IMG/VR virus record: IMGVR_UViG_3300027365_000008
Length of the DNA: 64,000 nt
Source: a virus
Lineage: Duplodnaviria; Heunggongvirae; Uroviricota; Caudoviricetes
Strand: one strand, 5' to 3'
Shown here: positions 57,807 through 64,000 of the stretch, one piece after another
How positions within the stretch are numbered: the first letter of the stretch is position 1
Layout of the letters: every line of letters starts with the position of its first letter
Notes under the pieces: generated by a model
Told to the model about the DNA's origin: nothing
Databases searched by the model: none
What the model saw: only the letters and a program-made list of their open reading frames with translations
Position numbers and translations under genes: made by a program

Positions 57807-59555
57807 TCACATTTTGCTTTTAGCCAACTTCGCCATGGTGGTTTTGATCATTTTCCATGACCGCTTGGCAATCATGTCGTGAAACTCGTTGAGACGTTCC
57901 GGCTTGTCCTTGAGTGAAGACGCGAAGTATTCACTCATCCCTTCGACCACACGGTACATGCTATGGTCGGTTTCCTTACTCTTCACGCTGGAATCGTAAT
58001 ACGCCGCCGCATTCTTGCGATGCTGTTCCGGCACGTTCGCTTCCTCTAGCACCGATTCGAGCATGTTGAGCGCGAATTGGCGGTCGAACTTGCTATCCAG
58101 CATTAGTGCAATCATCGGCTGAATCGACTCATTCCACTCTTTAATCAGATTGGTGATGGTCGTTTCGAACGCGATATGGCTTTCCACCACCCCACGAGTA
58201 TGCCGCGCAGTCAGATTGAAATTCTGCGAAGTCAACCCCATGAGTTCCGTGCCAGTGTCCACATTATGGGCGAGCAGACGAAGGTGATGCTTTTTCGTCC
58301 CGTCGATAGACGTGATTAGCTGGACAGTCATCTTGATGTTGTCGCGGCAATTCGAAGCCAGCCGGTCCTCGATGTCAATGGTCAGGGACTGTCGTCCACC
58401 TTCCTGCGACACGTAAACCCGTTGCGGCTTGTGCGGAATTTCCATCGCTTCGAGTTCATGCCGGAGCGATTCGTAAGCGGCTTTCGGGGGCAGTACCCCG
58501 TACAGTCCGGTTACAGTAGAAATGACCTGCTTCTCACCGATACGGTCACGATCAGTCACCACACCGAAAAACTGAGTATCACGCCCGCTGGTGGTAATGC
58601 CCTTCGCTTCCTGATAATCGTCGTTCTCTTGGAAGTACAGCGGCACCACATCGAACGGATAGTCTACGCAGTCGATAGCCATGTCCCAAGCGTTTTCGAC
58701 TTGGGTCAAGTCCATGACGCCTGTCGGGTACTTGGCAATCGGGTTCATGCCTTCCGGCTCGGGTTCCGGTTCAGACTGAGTTTCTACGACTTCAGGTTCC
58801 TCTTTCTTTTCTTCCTCGGGAAGCGGCTTGTACTTGTCCGGGTTGCGCATGAACTCGGGCAGGGAACTATCATCGTCTACCCCGTCCAGCAGACTCATAA
58901 ACTCTGCCCAATCCTTAGCCTCTTCCTTCGTATCAGGCTCGATGGTCGGTTCCTCTTCGACCGGCGCGGAAGTGGATTCAGTCTTTTCTTCCGAGACAGG
59001 CTCAACTTCGTCGGCCTTGCCTTCGGATTCCACTTCCACATCATCGAGTGCGGACAGATCGACCACCGGAGCCTCTTCCGTTTCCGGGGCTTTCTGTTCC
59101 TGTTGTTCGACCGGGGCAGCCTTCGGGCGGCGGAACTTGGGCTTGGCGGGCTTCAGCTTTTTCAGTTCACGCACCAGCGGGGCCGCAGCGGGCGGATATT
59201 TCTGACCGGACTGCTTTGATTCCTCTTTCAGCACCGTATCGAGGAAATGTACCAGACTGCCAAGGTCCGTACTCAGAACCTCATAGTTTGGCGCGTAATC
59301 CTGTTTTTCTGTCGCGCTATCGTCGGCGAAGGGAAGTACGGTCCCCCCTTCGAGTTCACCGCTGTCAAGCGCTTCGTTGTGACGCTGGACTGCCCAGTTG
59401 AAGTGCGGGGCAGCTTTCGGAGTCAGGGACAGTTTCAGGTTCAGTTCGCGTGCCATTGGAATCACCTTCAAATCGTTTTGTTTACGTGACCAATCATATT
59501 CCAGATTAGAAGACGTGTCAAGATTCTGTTTGGATAATCTTATCGAGCATTTCAC
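57807..59555 (-). CDS. hypothetical protein with an E/P/K-rich acidic linker (alternative start MARELNLK at 59456)
   Basis: Long ORF immediately upstream of the MoxR/VWA pair. Confidence 0.45.
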   Translation of the reverse strand: MKCSIRLSKQNLDTSSNLEYDWSRKQNDLKVIPMARELNLKLSLTPKAAPHFNWAVQRHNEALDSGELEGGTVLPFADDSATEKQDYAPNYEVLSTDLGSLVHFLDTVLKEESKQSGQKYPPAAAPLVRELKKLKPAKPKFRRPKAAPVEQQEQKAPETEEAPVVDLSALDDVEVESEGKADEVEPVSEEKTESTSAPVEEEPTIEPDTKEEAKDWAEFMSLLDGVDDDSSLPEFMRNPDKYKPLPEEEKKEEPEVVETQSEPEPEPEGMNPIAKYPTGVMDLTQVENAWDMAIDCVDYPFDVVPLYFQENDDYQEAKGITTSGRDTQFFGVVTDRDRIGEKQVISTVTGLYGVLPPKAAYESLRHELEAMEIPHKPQRVYVSQEGGRQSLTIDIEDRLASNCRDNIKMTVQLITSIDGTKKHHLRLLAHNVDTGTELMGLTSQNFNLTARHTRGVVESHIAFETTITNLIKEWNESIQPMIALMLDSKFDRQFALNMLESVLEEANVPEQHRKNAAAYYDSSVKSKETDHSMYRVVEGMSEYFASSLKDKPERLNEFHDMIAKRSWKMIKTTMAKLAKSKM

Positions 59556-59823
59556 TTACCTTGCCCAGCTTGAAAGCCATTTGTTCGGCGTCATTAACCG
59601 CACGGAGCATGACTGCCTGATTTGACGCTTGAGCGCGACGCAAATCTTTTTGCAGCAGCTTCGCATGAAAGCGCCGGGCTTCCGGGTCACCGATACGCTT
59701 GATTTCTTCAGCGCGGGCGATGACGGCTTTCGGGTCAGTTGAAATAGTCTTAACGTTGGTCATGTTCGTTACCCCTGCGTGATGGTGGCCCCCACATAAG
59801 GGGCGGTTGACCGGGGCATCCAT
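59518..59823 (-). CDS. hypothetical protein
   Basis: ORF. Confidence 0.35.
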   Translation of the reverse strand: MDAPVNRPLCGGHHHAGVTNMTNVKTISTDPKAVIARAEEIKRIGDPEARRFHAKLLQKDLRRAQASNQAVMLRAVNDAEQMAFKLGKVSEMLDKIIQTES

Positions 59824-60193
59824 GGCTACTTCGATAAGTCCTGCGTTGGACTCGCCCCCGTTTCTCGAAATAGCGCAAAGCCTGTACTACGTCTGCCTTG
59901 TCTTTACTTGACTTCGCGTTCAAACCCGCGCTTTCCGTAATGTCAATAGTAGACAAGTCATGCTGTTCGGTCAAGATACAAATCAAAACCTTTTTTCGAA
60001 TTTCCTGCGTTCGTTCGTTGAGTGGCCTTCCAATTCGACCGCTAACCACTTCGTCGTCATACTTTTCCATCACTAACTCCTTGATATGAGTGATGTTAAT
60101 GATTGGGCGCGATTTAATTGTACGCGCCCAATTCACTTCTAAGTCTCTTAGCGAGTCACTTCTTTCACGTCCCAAATGTGGATAACATGCCAT
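59750..60193 (-). CDS. hypothetical protein
   Basis: ORF; overlaps its neighbours, so the true start is probably internal. Confidence 0.3.
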   Translation of the reverse strand: MACYPHLGRERSDSLRDLEVNWARTIKSRPIINITHIKELVMEKYDDEVVSGRIGRPLNERTQEIRKKVLICILTEQHDLSTIDITESAGLNAKSSKDKADVVQALRYFEKRGRVQRRTYRSSHGCPGQPPLMWGPPSRRGNEHDQR

Positions 60194-60513
60194 CCCGCTT
60201 TCGCTGCCGCCGCCTTGGCTTCACGTTCCGCCTGTTCCCGAAAGATGGTATCTGACGTATGCGTATAGAGTTGATACGGCTTGAGCAGGCTGGGCGACTC
60301 CCTAACCACTACATCAACACGCAACCCTTTCACCGGGGACACGACAGGCTCGGGACGTTTGTGTTTCGGCTTCCCTTCCTTGAAATTTTCGAGTACCCGC
60401 TTCGCATTCCTCTCAAACGCCTTCAAATCCTTATCCATAAACCACCTTTCTAATTCTATCGTTAAACGTCTAACCACGAATCTAATGGTAACCGATTGAT
60501 CGCGTTTAGACAA
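60148..60513 (-). CDS. hypothetical protein with a Vsr/DUF559-like C-terminus
   Basis: C-terminal GWHVIHIWDVKEV resembles the G[YW].V.R.W..EV tail of DUF559/Vsr endonucleases. Confidence 0.3.
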   Translation of the reverse strand: MSKRDQSVTIRFVVRRLTIELERWFMDKDLKAFERNAKRVLENFKEGKPKHKRPEPVVSPVKGLRVDVVVRESPSLLKPYQLYTHTSDTIFREQAEREAKAAAAKAGWHVIHIWDVKEVTR

Positions 60514-60716
60514 TACCCTTTCGATTCCAATTCTGTTACCACGTCCTGATACTGTTTCAGATTCGCAACCCGCAACCGCTTCGCTGCCCCTGAGCCGATC
60601 ACGAAGAAGCCCTTTTCCAAGGAAAAGGCCCGGTATGTCATGGGCGGGGAATCGACATGGGGGAACACGGCGATGGTAGCAGTACCTTGCCTACGGAATG
60701 CAGCATCAAGTCGCAT
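60462..60716 (-). CDS. hypothetical protein
   Basis: ORF. Confidence 0.3.
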   Translation of the reverse strand: MRLDAAFRRQGTATIAVFPHVDSPPMTYRAFSLEKGFFVIGSGAAKRLRVANLKQYQDVVTELESKGYCLNAINRLPLDSWLDV

Positions 60717-60727
60717 AGCAGACTCCT

Positions 60728-60991
60728 TTACTCGGCGGCGAGCATCGTGATAATCTCTATCCGCCTTAGCTGTTTATTAATACGGTCAGGGTGACGCTTA
60801 GTACCTTTCAGATACTCAAGGAAGTCTAATTCCTTGAGCCATGCCGCGTCAAACTCATCAGCAGTCATTCGCCGATATGACTCCACCATTGGAAGTTCGG
60901 AATCGAGAAACTTTTTGTTACATGCCATGACAATGCCCCCATAGTTCACCGTCTTCATCAAAGTCATATTCATTCGCTTCAATGGATTCAA
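60728..60991 (-). CDS. hypothetical protein
   Basis: ORF. Confidence 0.35.
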   Translation of the reverse strand: MNPLKRMNMTLMKTVNYGGIVMACNKKFLDSELPMVESYRRMTADEFDAAWLKELDFLEYLKGTKRHPDRINKQLRRIEIITMLAAE

Positions 60992-61628
60992 TCACCGCTT
61001 CGTCGCTAGTCAGATATTCGTATTCCTTTTCCAGATTGCGATAAATCCAATCGGCAAACGAACGAAGAGTATCTTTCAAATGATCGTGATTGTTTTCAAC
61101 CGCGTCCTCCATGAGTTTGAACGCGGCTTCCTCGCCCATCAAATGTTCAACGGGTATCCATTTGTCAGAATCCGCTTCGATATGAACATCCATACAACCT
61201 GAATTGTAATAATAATGATGACCATCGTGTTTCATTGTCGCTTCGAGCGAATACCGGGCATCTTTCTGAGCCGCTTCCAAGGCTTCACCAATCTTAATCA
61301 GGGCTTGTAAATCGTCACCACCAACATGATCGGTCAGATTTGCTTTCCAATCCTTGTTGTAAGTGTAACTTCCTTCGAAACAAGCCCCATCGCCTTGACT
61401 ATAGAATCCCGAAAAGTAAACATTTTCTATCTCGATTCCCAACGTCTCGCCAATCTGCTTGGCGGCTTCTATCGTGAAGTCATACCATTCATGATCGATG
61501 TTTATATCCCTGAATCGCTCGATTGCATTCTCTTTTGCATCGTCAGACAATTCATTGAACTTGAAAAGTGTCACTTCGACTTTAGTAGGCATCTTTGAAC
61601 TTCCTTCAATGATTGGTATTAAGCACAA
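60918..61628 (-). CDS. hypothetical protein
   Basis: ORF with a conserved-looking SGFYSQGDGACFEG segment. Confidence 0.4.
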   Translation of the reverse strand: MCLIPIIEGSSKMPTKVEVTLFKFNELSDDAKENAIERFRDINIDHEWYDFTIEAAKQIGETLGIEIENVYFSGFYSQGDGACFEGSYTYNKDWKANLTDHVGGDDLQALIKIGEALEAAQKDARYSLEATMKHDGHHYYYNSGCMDVHIEADSDKWIPVEHLMGEEAAFKLMEDAVENNHDHLKDTLRSFADWIYRNLEKEYEYLTSDEAVIESIEANEYDFDEDGELWGHCHGM

Positions 61629-61990
61629 AATGGCGGCAAGTCGTCAATGTCAAGGTTGATAACATCATCGTAATCAACAACTTCCCGCAATTTTCTAATC
61701 AGTAAGACATTAGCCCTTCGATTCGGATAATACTCATCCAAGGCATCGAAGTAAGCAGACAGCTTTTCTGGCATTGCCCTTTCACACTCTTCAAACGTGT
61801 TTTTCTTAACATACTCAAACAAGTCTTTAAAGTGACCCCGTACCTTCTCGTCGGCATATTCATTAGCTTCATCGACACGACGAAGGTACTCACGGAATGG
61901 CATTGCTACGGTAACAGACATAATCGAACTTCCTTCGTTGGTGAGTTTTGCGAGGGACATTCTAACACGAATGCCCCTGACAAACTTCAC
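61619..61990 (-). CDS. hypothetical protein
   Basis: ORF. Confidence 0.4.
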   Translation of the reverse strand: MKFVRGIRVRMSLAKLTNEGSSIMSVTVAMPFREYLRRVDEANEYADEKVRGHFKDLFEYVKKNTFEECERAMPEKLSAYFDALDEYYPNRRANVLLIRKLREVVDYDDVINLDIDDLPPFCA

Positions 61991-62550
61991 ACGTATACTT
62001 GGTCATCGTCACCAAGATACACGTCAACTGACCCGTAGACGTTCGCGGCTTCCGTCAGACGGTCGCCCAACTCACCTAGTCCCAGGTCCCAGAAACCGGC
62101 ACCATGACGGTTTCGAGTCAGGGCGAAGTCATGCCCAAGATAATGCCACGGTGTCCCTTCACTCGGGTCATATTCTCGGCGTTCGACATACTCCAAAACA
62201 TCATCCATGTTATTGGAAAGAAAGTCATCAACATCGTCACGAGACGCTTTGATAAGTTCCTCGGACGCTTGGAACCATTCTAATCCGTCAAGCATAGGCG
62301 GTTCTTCACCAGAATGTTCCCATGCTGCCCGGATGGCATCTTTTTCAGATTTAAAATCACCGTGGCCTTCTGTCAAATCATCGAGTTCCCATGCCCATCC
62401 CCGTGAACGGTCAGGCAACAAGCGAACGCGATACCCGTCAGGCGCTTCACTATAATCAGGTTCGCCGCCTGTTGACCACAACAGGGCTTCGATATAGCCA
62501 GCGATAACAGCGTCACGGTTCTTTTCGGCAATGTCAGCGAGAGTAGGCAT
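61987..62550 (-). CDS. hypothetical acidic protein
   Basis: ORF. Confidence 0.4.
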   Translation of the reverse strand: MPTLADIAEKNRDAVIAGYIEALLWSTGGEPDYSEAPDGYRVRLLPDRSRGWAWELDDLTEGHGDFKSEKDAIRAAWEHSGEEPPMLDGLEWFQASEELIKASRDDVDDFLSNNMDDVLEYVERREYDPSEGTPWHYLGHDFALTRNRHGAGFWDLGLGELGDRLTEAANVYGSVDVYLGDDDQVYV

Positions 62551-62820
62551 GACAGAATCCCCTTTGAATGGCTACGGTATGAATGATAGTGGAAACAGAA
62601 TCAGATTGCAACCGTCAGGATGCAATCGAAACAGGAACAGCGGAAGGCTTGGCGTATCTGACACCAGAAACGAATTGCGTTTCTTTTGCCGGAATCCTAA
62701 CTAGAACACACTCGGATTCGATGAGACGGCGACGGCGCTTGTCTCGCGCCGCTTCCCGTTCAGTGATTAGCGCACCGCTGGGGATAGACCCCAGCGACTT
62801 TTTAGCTTGATAGTAACGCA

Positions 62821-63003
62821 TTAGTGAAACTCCCTTTCACATTGGTCGCTCGACATGATTGATACAATGTCGGCACAACTTGGCGGATACTGGTCACCGA
62901 ACACGAAGCGCACGAAGGCTTCATTTGGGCCTTCGACTTCCTTTACCATGATGCAATCGTTGACAGTATCGTGAGCGATGACGACGAAAGTTTGCATAGC
63001 CAT
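62821..63003 (-). CDS. hypothetical small protein (MAMQTFVVIAHDTV...)
   Basis: Internal ATG of ORF 62821-63216; the longer version overlaps the upstream gene. Confidence 0.3.
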   Translation of the reverse strand: MAMQTFVVIAHDTVNDCIMVKEVEGPNEAFVRFVFGDQYPPSCADIVSIMSSDQCEREFH

Positions 63004-63040
63004 GATGTTCCCTTTGAGTTCCCTTGGACAGTATAGACTA

Positions 63041-63283
63041 TTAGACGACGAGTGTGACCGGAACGATTTGACTAGCATCATCAAATGTCCTACCACGTTT
63101 GACTGAGTAAGCACTAAACCCACGTTTCTTACACTCGTCATACGCGATACGCTGGTGAGACTCGGACGATTCTCGACCATCAACGATGATAACCGCCCGG
63201 TCGCCGCACGCTTCAATCAGGCGCTCACTGTATCCGTTGTGGATAGTCGGCACGGCGCGGGTATAGAATTGGATAAAGTACAT
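63041..63283 (-). CDS. hypothetical protein
   Basis: ORF. Confidence 0.35.
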   Translation of the reverse strand: MYFIQFYTRAVPTIHNGYSERLIEACGDRAVIIVDGRESSESHQRIAYDECKKRGFSAYSVKRGRTFDDASQIVPVTLVV

Positions 63284-63315
63284 TTCGATTCCCCTTTGAA
63301 CTACGTTTTGGTGGA

Positions 63316-63360
63316 TGACACTTCAACCATGCCGACTCATATAGAATCGGCATGAGTAAA
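63316..63360 (-). repeat. intergenic palindromic motif, copy 1
   Basis: Minus-sense gatctttactcatgccgattctatatgagtcggcatggtt; near-identical to the copy at 63893-63940. Confidence 0.5.
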
Positions 63361-63362
63361 GA

Positions 63363-63728
63363 TCACGCCATGTCTAGGTCCATCGAGGATGCGTCAGGTA
63401 GCATGGATGCAACATGGCTTCCATTCCATTTCACTTCCTGACCACCATGCGTATAATACCATTTCCAATCGCGTTGGTATATACTACCAATCCCCATAGG
63501 AAGATTGTCAATCATAGCATTCAACCGCGATTTGGTCGTCCGAGTTTGATAACCGGCGTCAGTCAGGTACGTTACCAGACCACAATCCATACCATTTGCA
63601 ATCATGTGTCCGTGCAGAAACACCTTGAAATACTTTCCTGACTTCGAATGGCGTACTTCCGTATTGCCTGATTTGAAGTCTTTACGTTCACGAATAGCGT
63701 CGATCATCTGGCGTTCAACTTTGCGCAT
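63363..63728 (-). CDS. hypothetical protein
   Basis: ORF. Confidence 0.4.
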   Translation of the reverse strand: MRKVERQMIDAIRERKDFKSGNTEVRHSKSGKYFKVFLHGHMIANGMDCGLVTYLTDAGYQTRTTKSRLNAMIDNLPMGIGSIYQRDWKWYYTHGGQEVKWNGSHVASMLPDASSMDLDMA

Positions 63729-63892
63729 GATATTTCCCCCTTTAAACAGATTATGTCACATTGATGTTGCTTTGATAAAAGCAAGGTAGAACATCCCGAA
63801 AATCAAAAGGCCGGGAATCAATTCCCGGCCCACAATCCAAAGCAAGCGCATCTTACATATCCCATTGCAGTAGGAAACGGATTTTAGTTGGT

Positions 63893-63940
63893 ACCCGAGA
63901 GACACGAAACAACCATGCCCACTCATAGAATGGGCATGAG
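63893..63940 (-). repeat. intergenic palindromic motif, copy 2
   Basis: Minus-sense gatctttactcatgcccattctatgagtgggcatggtt. Confidence 0.5.
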
Positions 63941-64000
63941 TAAAGATCAAAGATCGCGTTTGCGTTGAACATCAATAACCGCTTCGGTCAAAATGACGCC

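Noticed and set aside
58422-59489. Plus-strand ORFs 58422-59219, 58828-59205, 59048-59401 and 59247-59489 inside the 57807-59555 gene
   Set aside because: They overlap a long minus-strand ORF and are low-complexity mirror frames of its E/P-rich region.
63756-63950. ORF 63756-63950 (-)
   Set aside because: It overlaps the intergenic palindromic repeat and lacks an RBS. It is probably non-coding.
1-64000. CRISPR arrays and rRNA/tRNA genes
   Set aside because: No direct-repeat/spacer periodicity was found. No rRNA-like or tRNA-like structured segments were recognised by eye in the few non-coding stretches.

Overview
This 64 kb window looks like part of a large, gene-dense, T4-superfamily lytic myophage. 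GC is mid-40s%. The SleB-type lysin suggests an alphaproteobacterial host, but that is a guess.

The + strand half (1-36 kb) carries a T4-like replication and nucleotide-metabolism core:
- gp44-like clamp loader, DnaG-like primase, DnaB/gp41-like helicase, gp45-like sliding clamp and gp32-like SSB.
- ThyA containing a LAGLIDADG intein.
- Class Ia NrdA containing two inteins, plus NrdB, a glutaredoxin, dCMP deaminase and a HAD deoxynucleotidase.
- An RNA-repair set: Rnl1-like RNA ligase, a polynucleotide kinase fused to a calcineurin-like phosphatase, and a second DraRnl/NgrRnl-like ligase.
- A GH24 lysozyme.

The minus-strand half (37-64 kb) carries:
- Tail-tube-like genes.
- A lysis cassette (SleB-like hydrolase plus membrane proteins).
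- A family-B DNA polymerase split into two translationally coupled cistrons.
- A ClpP-like protease.
- An early-gene island with an ArfA-like alternative ribosome rescue factor whose own terminator hairpin sits inside its 3' coding end.
- A dual-specificity phosphatase, an ArsR regulator, RNase H and a MoxR-AAA+/VWA (CobS/CobT-like) pair.

Mobile DNA:
- An IS200/IS605 element whose tnpB has been gutted and replaced by an HNH homing endonuclease.
- A second free-standing HNH endonuclease carrying a duplicated primase 5' fragment.
- Three inteins. One of them has a non-canonical Gly at +1.

No tRNA, rRNA or CRISPR array was recognised. All calls are from reading motifs in the translations; no database searches were run.
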